11,043 bases of DNA from an uncultured bacterium (GCA_964609495.1 CAZSTA010000119.1:1-11043); one strand, 5' to 3'; counted from the stretch's first letter, positions 1-7,213 are shown. Numbers and translations: made by a program. The notes: generated by a model from the letters alone, not told the origin.

Positions 1-374
1 AGACTCAAGTGGCTCAGGTGAAGAAATTACCCGCGGGAAGTTACATAAGCTATGGTTGCACCTACCGCACTGATAAACCCTCGAAGATAGCGGTCCTTCC
101 TGTCGGTTATGGGGACGGATTTCGGGGGGCTCCTGCTAATTGGAAAGAGGTTTTAGTAAGAGGAAGGAGAGCACCGATTGTCGGTGTCGTCTGTATGGAT
201 CAATGTATGATCGATGTAACTGATATCCCAGGAGTTCGGCAAGGTGATGAGGTAGTGCTTATAGGAGAGCAAGGAGAGGAGAGGATAACGGTTGATGAGG
301 TGGCAAAGAGATTGGGAACTATCAATTTTGAAGTGGTAGCCGAGATATTGGCAAGAGTGCCGAGAGTCTGGTAA
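1..374 (+). CDS. alr: Alanine racemase, C-terminal fragment (the 5' end lies upstream of the window)
   Basis: The translation (..VLPVGYGDGFRGAPANWKEVLVRGRRAPIVGVVCMDQCMIDVTDIPGVRQGDEVVLIGEQG..GTINFEVVAEILARVPRVW) matches the conserved C-terminal beta-domain of PLP-dependent alanine racemases (GYADGY-like loop, VGRVCMD motif, C-terminal RVPRVY-like tail). The frame is open to the window edge and the stop is at 372-374. Confidence 0.88.
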   Translation, partial: TQVAQVKKLPAGSYISYGCTYRTDKPSKIAVLPVGYGDGFRGAPANWKEVLVRGRRAPIVGVVCMDQCMIDVTDIPGVRQGDEVVLIGEQGEERITVDEVAKRLGTINFEVVAEILARVPRVW

Positions 375-406
375 TTAATCTGATTTCATAATATATATCG
401 TTACAT

Positions 407-436
407 GAGAGCTCTAAAAGAGAAGAGCTCTCTTTT
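407..436 (+). terminator. Rho-independent terminator downstream of alr
   Basis: Perfect 9-bp inverted repeat GAGAGCTCT (407-415) / AGAGCTCTC (424-432) with an 8-nt loop, followed directly by TTTT (433-436). It lies 33 nt after the alr stop codon. Confidence 0.7.
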
Positions 437-493
437 AATTTCCGAATGTAAGCATGTAGAATATTGTGCTAGCGGTTTCGAACTCCCTTAAAT

Positions 494-529
494 CACCCTC
501 CCCTAGCCCCTCCCGTCAAGGGAGGGGGA
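494..529 (-). repeat. G/C-rich palindromic REP-like repeat unit, copy A (inverted relative to copies B and C)
   Basis: Contains a perfect 8-bp stem CCCCTCCC-gtcaa-GGGAGGGG, preceded by CACCCTCCCCTAGCC, which is a degenerate reverse complement of the GGCYAGGGTGAGGGG tail of copies B and C. It is strongly G/C-rich against AT-rich flanks. Confidence 0.65.
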
Positions 530-554
530 ACTGAAGAGATCGAGCTTATCTCGT

Positions 555-596
555 GTTCCCTCTCCCCTCATGGGAGAGGGCCAGGGTGAGGGGGAG
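555..596 (+). repeat. G/C-rich palindromic REP-like repeat unit, copy B
   Basis: GTTCCCTCTCCCCTCATGGGAGAGGGCCAGGGTGAGGGGGAG: a 9-bp hairpin (CCCTCTCCC / GGGAGAGGG) plus a GGCCAGGGTGAGGGGG tail. About 39 of 42 positions are identical to the copy at 7214-7255. Confidence 0.8.
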
Positions 597-722
597 AATC
601 ATATTCCTCAGTACAAAGTTTTACATGCTTCGTTTCCGAATAGATTCTAGAGATATATAATTCTTCTAGGTTGTAATATTAGAGAGTTTAACTATAAATA
701 TAAGTAAGGAGTTCGTAATAAT

Positions 723-751
723 TTGACAAATAATCCCAATTAGGCTATAAT
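723..751 (+). promoter_or_regulatory. Consensus sigma70-type promoter (-35 TTGACA 723-728, 17-bp spacer, -10 TATAAT 746-751), predicted TSS about 758
   Basis: Exact match to both hexamers at the optimal 17-bp spacing, with an A/T-rich UP-like tract upstream (640-720). It is correctly oriented and positioned about 70 nt upstream of the first gene of the plus-strand operon. Confidence 0.7.
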
Positions 752-823
752 CTACATAGGAGATTAACAATTTTAACCTAATAACGAAATGAGAGTATCT
801 AGCTCATTACCTCGGACAGGGAG

Positions 824-1612
824 GTGGTTCGAATTATCCTTTCTTACTCCAAGATAAACACTTACTCTAAATGCCCTTTCAAATTTAGATTATCATACAT
901 AGATAAGATACCCTCCTCTCCTAAACCTTATCACAAGTTGGGGAATATTCTCCATAGCGCTCTTAGAAGCTATTATGAGTATAGATTAAGCTCGATCGGT
1001 AATCAGTCCCCTAGCTTAGATTATATGCTAGAGGAGTATAGGGAGAGTTGGGGAGATATAAGAGAAGGGGATGAGAAGCATTACCAGAAAGGCTTGGATA
1101 TCCTTACCGAATATTACTACAAGAACGTTGATTCCGAAGCGGTCCCTTATTACATAGAACAACCTTTCAATATAGTCGTAGCAGGAGTGAATATCATAGG
1201 TAGCTTCGATAGAGTGGATAAGCTGGAAGGATATGAACAGTATGAGATCATAGATTATAAGAGTAGCAAGACTATGCTGACTCAGGAGGAGATAGATGAG
1301 GATATCCAACTCAGTATATATTACCTCGCCTTTCAAAGGATGACAGGAATATCTCCAGTTAAGCTAAACTTCTATTATCTTCGTCAGAATCAGGTACTCA
1401 GCACTTATAGAACTGATGACGAGATCAACGAGCTAGTGGAGGTGATTAGAGAGACGGTTTGGGGGATCTCCTATCGCCGTTTTGAACCCTGCGAGGGCGA
1501 GATGTGTCGTTACTGCGATTATAAGCAATATTGTCCCTTAAAGGCAGAGGACCCGCTCCCTGTAGAGGATACAGAAAGCAGGATTAAACAATTGGAATTT
1601 GGATATTATTAG
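824..1612 (+). CDS. PD-(D/E)XK nuclease superfamily protein, Cas4/AddB-nuclease-like, with a 4-Cys (putative 4Fe-4S) signature
   Basis: The N-terminus LSYSKINTYSKCPFKFRL fits the Cas4/DUF83 consensus (S.S.i..Y..CP.kf.L). Motif II is GSFDRVD, motif III is EIIDYKS, and the QhxxY motif is QLSIYYLA. The C-terminus carries C-x4-C-x2-C-x5-C (CEGEMCRYCDYKQYC), which with the N-terminal Cys gives the 1+3 Cys Fe-S arrangement of Cas4/AddB. The start is GTG at 824; an in-frame TAG lies at 800-802 and there is no in-frame ATG before residue 68. The SD spacing is poor. Confidence 0.72.
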   Translation: MVRIILSYSKINTYSKCPFKFRLSYIDKIPSSPKPYHKLGNILHSALRSYYEYRLSSIGNQSPSLDYMLEEYRESWGDIREGDEKHYQKGLDILTEYYYKNVDSEAVPYYIEQPFNIVVAGVNIIGSFDRVDKLEGYEQYEIIDYKSSKTMLTQEEIDEDIQLSIYYLAFQRMTGISPVKLNFYYLRQNQVLSTYRTDDEINELVEVIRETVWGISYRRFEPCEGEMCRYCDYKQYCPLKAEDPLPVEDTESRIKQLEFGYY

Positions 1613-1633
1613 ATCAAGAGAGATAAATTAGAG

Positions 1634-2107
1634 ATGTTACAGAAATATCATATAAAGTGTATTCTCTTGCTATCTTTATTCTCCATATTATTGACGACTT
1701 TAGGATGCCCTTCCCCTCAAATCAGAGCTGGTATTAGTTTCAGGTTAGTTGAGGCTAAGACCTGCCAAGATTTAAAGGACACTTTCCCCGCGACTCCTAT
1801 AGGAGAGACCGATACTTTTCTAACCACTGATGAGCAGGTAGTTATATGGCTAAAGTTTGAGAATATAGATAAGCCTCATATCCTAAGATGGAAGTGGTAT
1901 TCTCCTAATGGTGAGTTATACTATGATAGCGGCGATTTCATCACTAATGCCGAGGGAGGTTTTCATAAAATTAATTACTCCTGGATGCCAATTCTAATCG
2001 CTGGAGATAAAGCCTCTTCTTTGCCTGGCGAATGGAAAGTTCTAGTCTTCTTGGATGGGAATCTTAAAGTAACTAGAACCTTTAAGATCGTAGAGAATAA
2101 AATATAA
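1634..2107 (+). CDS. Predicted lipoprotein of unknown function
   Basis: N-terminal signal peptide with a lipobox-like LLTTLG-C (MLQKYHIKCILLLSLFSILLTTLGC). The ORF is 157 aa, in the same orientation and tightly spaced within the operon, with no recognisable catalytic motifs. Confidence 0.55.
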   Translation: MLQKYHIKCILLLSLFSILLTTLGCPSPQIRAGISFRLVEAKTCQDLKDTFPATPIGETDTFLTTDEQVVIWLKFENIDKPHILRWKWYSPNGELYYDSGDFITNAEGGFHKINYSWMPILIAGDKASSLPGEWKVLVFLDGNLKVTRTFKIVENKI

Positions 2108-2122
2108 TATCGAGGTTATTAG

Positions 2123-2632
2123 ATGAGTTCAATATTGTGGGCGCCTTGGCGTATCGATTATATCCTGAGCGATAAACATAATGGTTGTCTCTTCTGTGAT
2201 AAATCTAAGGAGGACAATGATGAGGATAATCTAATCCTGCTCAGGAAGGATACCTGTTTAGTTATGATGAATCGTTATCCTTATAATAACGGTCATCTCC
2301 TTGTCGCTCCTTATCATCATATACCCAGTATAGAGGGACTGACTGTAGAGGAAATGACGGAGTTAATGGTAACGATTAAGGAGTGTATAGAATTGCTAAG
2401 AAGGGTTATGAGCCCTGAGGGATTCAATATCGGAATGAATATCGGGAAGGTGGCCGGAGCAGGGATAGCTGGTCACTGCCATTTTCATATAGTTCCCAGA
2501 TGGAATGGTGATACCAACTTTATGCCGGTTTTAGCTGATGCAAGGGTTATGCCGGAGTATCTTAGAGCGACCTATAAGAAATTGAAAGAGGGGTTATCTT
2601 TTGGCACAGGTGAGAAGCGAACAGGAGGATAG
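2123..2632 (+). CDS. HIT-family protein (Ap4A phosphorylase / nucleotidyl-transferase branch)
   Basis: Histidine-triad motif HCHFHIVPR, and an upstream CLFC..(N)RYPYNNGHLLVAPYHH core typical of the Ap4A-phosphorylase-like HIT subgroup. A GAGGT SD lies 6 nt before the ATG at 2123. Confidence 0.8.
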   Translation: MSSILWAPWRIDYILSDKHNGCLFCDKSKEDNDEDNLILLRKDTCLVMMNRYPYNNGHLLVAPYHHIPSIEGLTVEEMTELMVTIKECIELLRRVMSPEGFNIGMNIGKVAGAGIAGHCHFHIVPRWNGDTNFMPVLADARVMPEYLRATYKKLKEGLSFGTGEKRTGG

Positions 2633-4766
2633 GATATTAAGAGAGCTTAATCCTACTCAAAGAGAAGCGGTAACTTTTGAGCAGGGACCACTATTGATCT
2701 TGGCCGGAGCTGGTAGCGGTAAAACGAGGGTATTAGTTCATCGTCTAGCTTACCTTATTAAATACAGGGGAATTTCCCCCTGGAATATATTAGCTGTTAC
2801 CTTCACCAATAAAGCCGCTGATGAGATGAAGCAGAGGGCGGAGAGATTGCTAGGATATAGCGTCCAAAATCTTTGGGTGAGGACCTTCCACTCCGCATGT
2901 GTGCGAATTCTACGCTATGAGGCGGAGAGGATCGGCTTTCCGCGAGACTTCGCTATCTACGATGCTTCCGACCAATTGACTTTGATTAGAGAATGCCTTA
3001 GAGAGCTAAATTATGATGAGAAGCGATTCTATCCGCGTGCTGTCCTCTCCTATATAAGCCAAGCTAAGAGCGAGTTATTTGGTGTTCAGGAGTTCACCGA
3101 GGCTAAATCGGATAATTTCTTCGAGGGAATCGTAGCTAAGGTTTATGCTCTCTATCAGGATAAATTATGGCAAAGTTCGGCGATGGATTTCGACGATCTG
3201 ATTATGATGACAGTTAAGCTCTGGCGAGATAATCCAGATGTTTTAGATTACTATCAGGAGAAGTTCAGATATATCTTGATAGATGAGTATCAGGATACCA
3301 ATCATGCTCAATATGTATTAGTGAAGCTTTTGGCGGAGAAATATAGGAATCTATGTGTAGTTGGCGATCCAGACCAGAGCATATATGCCTTTCGCGGGGC
3401 AGATATACGCAATATCCTCGATTTCGAGAAGGATTATCCCGAGGCGAAGGTGATCAGGCTCGAACAAAATTATCGTTCCACTAAAAATATCTTAGCGGCG
3501 GCTAGTGAAGTGGTTAAAAATAATATCAATAGGAAAGAGAAAACCTTGTGGACTGAAAATGAGGAGGGAGATCTCACCCTTTATGCTCAACTGAGCAATG
3601 GTATGGAGGAGGCTACTTTTATCTCCGAACAGATAGAGGATCTATATCTTAAAGGGGACAGGAGATATAACGACTTTGTGACCCTCTATCGAACGAATGC
3701 TCAATCCCGCACTTTCGAGGAGGTATTCTCCAGAAGAGGTCTTCCCTACCGAATAGTAGGTAGCCTTGGTTTCTACGAACGCAAGGAGATCAAGGATATA
3801 ATAGCTTATTTGAGGATAATCGCTAATACTTCCAATTCGGTGAGCTTAAAGAGGATAATTAATGTTCCCTCTCGTCATATTGGAGAAGTTACTATTCGGG
3901 GGTTGGAGGATTTCACTTCGAGACAGGGGAAGCCTTTATACGAGGCCCTTCGATATTTAGATGATATAGAAGAGATAAGACCTATGCAACGAAGAGCGTT
4001 GAAGAGATTTCGAGAGATGATCGAGGAATTTAGAAGATGCAAGGATACTCTTAATATAAATCAGTTGCTCTCTATGATCCTCGATAAGACTGGCTATATC
4101 TCTATGTTAGAGGAGGAGGGAACAGTTCAAGCTGAGACCAGAATCGAGAACTTGAAGGAGCTACTAACTGTTACTCAGGAGTTTGCCGCCGAATCGGAGG
4201 GAGATTTAGACTCATTCTTAGAAAGAGTCTCTTTAACCTCGAATGTGGAGAGGGTGCAGGGCGAAGAGTTAGAGGATGCTGTAACCTTGATGACTTTGCA
4301 CTGTGCTAAAGGGTTGGAGTTTCCAGTTGTTTTCATCACTGGTATGGAGGAGGGGTTATTCCCGCACTCTCGATCTTTGAGCAATGAGAACGAGTTGGAG
4401 GAAGAGAGAAGGTTGTGCTATGTGGGAATGACTAGGGCTAAGAAGAAGCTCTATCTTACCTCTGCCTTCCACCGCTTGAGCTTTGGAAACACGATATTCA
4501 ATGCCAAATCTCGCTTTCTCTCCGAGATCCCTGAGCATCTCCTGGGAGATCTGTTAGCTCAAGGTGAGGAAACTACAGAAGATGAGGAAGAATTTTCAGG
4601 GATAATATATAAGGCGGGGGATAAGGTTAGACATCCCTCCTGGGGGATAGGGACGATCGTCAGTCGATCTGGATATGGAGATAATGCGGAGGTCAAGGTT
4701 ATCTTCTCCCAGGGAAATTTAAAGAGATTATTGCTCAAATATGCTCCTTTAGAAAAAGTCGATTAG
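2601..4766 (+). CDS. pcrA: ATP-dependent DNA helicase PcrA/UvrD (superfamily 1A)
   Basis: N-terminal LNPTQREAV ... GPLLILAGAGSGKTRVL (motifs Q and I), DEYQDTN (motif II), and the full set of UvrD/PcrA motifs through LYVGMTRAKKKLYLT (motif VI). The C-terminal GDKVRHPSWGIGTIV Tudor-like tail is characteristic of PcrA/UvrD. The likely start is TTG 2601 (GAGGGG SD at 2588-2593); the alternative is GTG 2610. The start overlaps the HIT gene stop (2630-2632). Confidence 0.9.
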   Translation: MAQVRSEQEDRILRELNPTQREAVTFEQGPLLILAGAGSGKTRVLVHRLAYLIKYRGISPWNILAVTFTNKAADEMKQRAERLLGYSVQNLWVRTFHSACVRILRYEAERIGFPRDFAIYDASDQLTLIRECLRELNYDEKRFYPRAVLSYISQAKSELFGVQEFTEAKSDNFFEGIVAKVYALYQDKLWQSSAMDFDDLIMMTVKLWRDNPDVLDYYQEKFRYILIDEYQDTNHAQYVLVKLLAEKYRNLCVVGDPDQSIYAFRGADIRNILDFEKDYPEAKVIRLEQNYRSTKNILAAASEVVKNNINRKEKTLWTENEEGDLTLYAQLSNGMEEATFISEQIEDLYLKGDRRYNDFVTLYRTNAQSRTFEEVFSRRGLPYRIVGSLGFYERKEIKDIIAYLRIIANTSNSVSLKRIINVPSRHIGEVTIRGLEDFTSRQGKPLYEALRYLDDIEEIRPMQRRALKRFREMIEEFRRCKDTLNINQLLSMILDKTGYISMLEEEGTVQAETRIENLKELLTVTQEFAAESEGDLDSFLERVSLTSNVERVQGEELEDAVTLMTLHCAKGLEFPVVFITGMEEGLFPHSRSLSNENELEEERRLCYVGMTRAKKKLYLTSAFHRLSFGNTIFNAKSRFLSEIPEHLLGDLLAQGEETTEDEEEFSGIIYKAGDKVRHPSWGIGTIVSRSGYGDNAEVKVIFSQGNLKRLLLKYAPLEKVD

Positions 4767-4768
4767 CT

Positions 4769-7201
4769 ATGATCAATGATTTTGGAGGCAGTTCCTCCCT
4801 TGCTAGACGTTTCATAGGCGATATTTACAATATACTTGTTAATATCTCCGCTCCCGAGATAGAAGTTGCCTATCAGAGATGGAAGAGATCTAGTGAGAGG
4901 ATATATGGGAGTAAACTCGATGTTCTTCAAACCTTGAGTGAAGATTATATTCCCGATGAGAAGCCACTCGACTTCAGCTTTTTGCTCTTCGCTCTTCAAA
5001 CTTACTATGCGATCCTGCTCAAATTCATCGCGGTTGACATAGCCTCTCATATCTACAACGAGCCTTCTTTGAGTTATCATCATAATGATGATCACTCAAC
5101 TTGGACAGATGAGCTATTATCCCTGACCGATAGCGAATTGAGGGACGATCTGCTATCTCTGGAGGAAGAAGGTTTACTTAATCAGCTAGGCATAGTTCAA
5201 GATCCTGAAGAGCGACTATTCTCTTGGTATCTGAAGAATAATTACGGTAATGAGCTATGCGATAATTTGAGAGAGGTGATAGCAAAGCTCGGAGAGTATG
5301 AATTAGTCCCTTTAATAGATAATCCAAGGGATCTCTTAAAGGGATTATATCACGATCTTTTTCCTCGCTCTATCCGTCATAAGCTAGGAGAATATTATAC
5401 CCCCGATTGGCTAGCCGAATTAGCTCTGAACGAATTGGAGTATGATGGCGATCCTCATAAACGAATATTAGACCCAGCGGCGGGATCGGGGACGTTTGTA
5501 ATTGCCTCTATTCTGAGAGCGAAGGATTACGCCGAGAGAGAAGGGATAGCTCAAGAGGAAGCTCTAAATCTCATATTAGAAAATATAGTCTGTTTCGATC
5601 TCAATCCTCTAGCAGTATTGATGAGTCGAGTAAATTATCTTCTCGCTTTAGGGCGAGAATTATTTTTATTAGGGAGAAAAATTGAAATACCGGTTTATCT
5701 ATGTGATCCCATATTATCTTCTCACTTTAAGAGAGAAGCTAATTCCTTCGCCGAAGTTGACTCCGAGTCATTCGATTACATAGCAGGAAATCCTCCCTGG
5801 GTGAATTGGGAAGATCTCCCCGATGATTACAAGAGATCGACCAAAGAGATATGGGATAAATATGGTATATTCTCTCATAGCGGACTTAGGGCTAGATTAG
5901 GAGGCTCTAAAGATGATATAGCGATACTTATGACCTATGTAGCGATAGAGCGTTATTTGAAGAGGAAGGGAAAACTTGGCTTCGTAATAACTCGCTCCTT
6001 ATTTAAGACGAAAGGTGGAGGAGAAGGATTCAGAAAGTTCAAGATAACGGATAAAACCCCCATAAGAGTTATTAAGGTGGATGATTTGAGCGAGCTTAAA
6101 CCTTTCGAGGGGGCAAATAACAGGGTCGCTCTGTTTATATGTAGCAAGGGAGAAGCCACTCGATATCCCGTCCCCTATACTTTATGGAGGAGAAGAGATG
6201 GGATATCTATAGATCCTTCATATTCTCTCGAAGAAGTTATCGGACTAACGGATAGAGTGAAACTTGAAGCAAAACCGGTGGATGATTATACTTCACCTTG
6301 GATCACAACTAAGAGTAGTTTTTTTGATCTATTAGAGAGGATGGGAGGAAAGACCGAATATAGAGCTAGAGAAGGGGTAAATACTGGGGGAGCGAATGGG
6401 GTATATTGGATCGAGATCGTGGATGGAGATGATCGATTACTCGTAGAAAATCTCGATCATATAGGGAGGAAGAAGATCCAGAAGTATCGAGATAGGGTAG
6501 AGAAAGATCTTGTCTATCCCCTTCTCCGAGGAAGGAATATCTCTCGCTGGAGGTCGAGTTATTCCTGTTATATAATTATCCCTTGTGATCCTGACGAACC
6601 AAAATTAAGGTTCGCTTCCGCTGAGATGAGCCTGAGATTTCCCAGGACTTACTCGTATCTTTCCCACTTTAAAGATATATTGCTATCGAGAAAATCTAGC
6701 TCTATCCCGAAAAATCCCTTCTATTCTCTTTTCGGGCTTGGTCCCTATACTTTCTCTCCCTATAAGGTTGTTTGGAGGGCTTTATACAAGGAGATTGCAG
6801 CGGTAGTAGTATCAAAGAGGGAGGATCGATTTCTATCTGCCAGATATATTATCCCCGAGCATAATGTTATGTTCATCCCTCTTTGGAATGAGGATGAAGC
6901 CCATTATCTCTGTGCGATATTGAACTCATCCTTAGTTAATTTTGCTATGCGGAGTTATGCCCCTCTGTTCTATTCGACTCACCTCCTCTCCTATCTAAGG
7001 ATACCTAAATATGATCCTGAACTTCGTCTTCATCGAGAGTTATCCTCTCTTTCCTCGAAAGCTCACCTCAACTCCGAGGAAGACGATGAGTTAAGGCATA
7101 TACAAGAGGAATTAGATCTTGTGATATGTAAGCTGTGGAATGTGAAAAAGGGAGAGTTATCCGAAGTTAAGGAGTATCTAAAAGAAATGGTGATTAACTA
7201 G
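4769..7201 (+). CDS. Large (810 aa) gamma-class N6-adenine DNA methyltransferase, Eco57I/MmeI/PglX-like core, with an N-terminal ~200-aa domain of unknown function and a C-terminal putative target-recognition region
   Basis: LGEYYTPDWLAELAL (motif X-like), ILDPAAGSGTFVIA (motif I, SAM binding), and AGNPPWVNWEDL (motif IV NPPW), in the X-I-IV order of gamma-class amino-MTases. About 390 aa follow the catalytic core. The ATG at 4769 sits 2 nt after the pcrA stop, so translation is coupled and there is no separate SD. Confidence 0.8.
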   Translation: MINDFGGSSSLARRFIGDIYNILVNISAPEIEVAYQRWKRSSERIYGSKLDVLQTLSEDYIPDEKPLDFSFLLFALQTYYAILLKFIAVDIASHIYNEPSLSYHHNDDHSTWTDELLSLTDSELRDDLLSLEEEGLLNQLGIVQDPEERLFSWYLKNNYGNELCDNLREVIAKLGEYELVPLIDNPRDLLKGLYHDLFPRSIRHKLGEYYTPDWLAELALNELEYDGDPHKRILDPAAGSGTFVIASILRAKDYAEREGIAQEEALNLILENIVCFDLNPLAVLMSRVNYLLALGRELFLLGRKIEIPVYLCDPILSSHFKREANSFAEVDSESFDYIAGNPPWVNWEDLPDDYKRSTKEIWDKYGIFSHSGLRARLGGSKDDIAILMTYVAIERYLKRKGKLGFVITRSLFKTKGGGEGFRKFKITDKTPIRVIKVDDLSELKPFEGANNRVALFICSKGEATRYPVPYTLWRRRDGISIDPSYSLEEVIGLTDRVKLEAKPVDDYTSPWITTKSSFFDLLERMGGKTEYRAREGVNTGGANGVYWIEIVDGDDRLLVENLDHIGRKKIQKYRDRVEKDLVYPLLRGRNISRWRSSYSCYIIIPCDPDEPKLRFASAEMSLRFPRTYSYLSHFKDILLSRKSSSIPKNPFYSLFGLGPYTFSPYKVVWRALYKEIAAVVVSKREDRFLSARYIIPEHNVMFIPLWNEDEAHYLCAILNSSLVNFAMRSYAPLFYSTHLLSYLRIPKYDPELRLHRELSSLSSKAHLNSEEDDELRHIQEELDLVICKLWNVKKGELSEVKEYLKEMVIN

Positions 7202-7213
7202 TTCTATCTCAAT

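Noticed and set aside
706-745. AAGGAG (706-711) followed by a TTG 11 nt downstream, as a possible tiny-ORF start
   Set aside because: The resulting ORF is only 6 codons (TTG ACA AAT AAT CCC AAT TAG) and coincides with the -35 and spacer of the promoter. It is more plausibly promoter sequence than a coding start.
1028-1336. 102-aa antisense ORF inside the nuclease gene
   Set aside because: It lies entirely within, and opposite to, a well-supported CDS. Its composition is low-complexity and hydrophobic, which is typical of a shadow ORF in AT-rich DNA.
824-1612. Possibility that the Cas4-like gene marks a CRISPR-Cas locus
   Set aside because: There are no repeat-spacer arrays, and no cas1, cas2 or other cas genes anywhere in the window. 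The only repeats are the three non-tandem G/C-rich palindromic units, which lack regular spacing and are not CRISPR-like.
4175-4538. Two antisense ORFs (69 and 60 aa) inside pcrA
   Set aside because: Shadow ORFs opposite a highly conserved helicase region, with no RBS and no recognisable motifs.
2601-4766. Interpreting the UvrD-family helicase as a dedicated defence helicase (Gabija GajB-like)
   Set aside because: It is full-length with every PcrA/UvrD motif and the PcrA-type C-terminal Tudor-like domain (GDKVRHPSWGIGTIV). That indicates the housekeeping pcrA. Only its operon partners are unusual.
4763-5095. 110-aa antisense ORF overlapping the pcrA to methyltransferase junction
   Set aside because: It runs opposite to the start of the methyltransferase gene, whose frame is supported by downstream methyltransferase motifs. 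There is no independent support.
5953-6159. 68-aa antisense ORF inside the methyltransferase gene
   Set aside because: Shadow ORF with no motifs.
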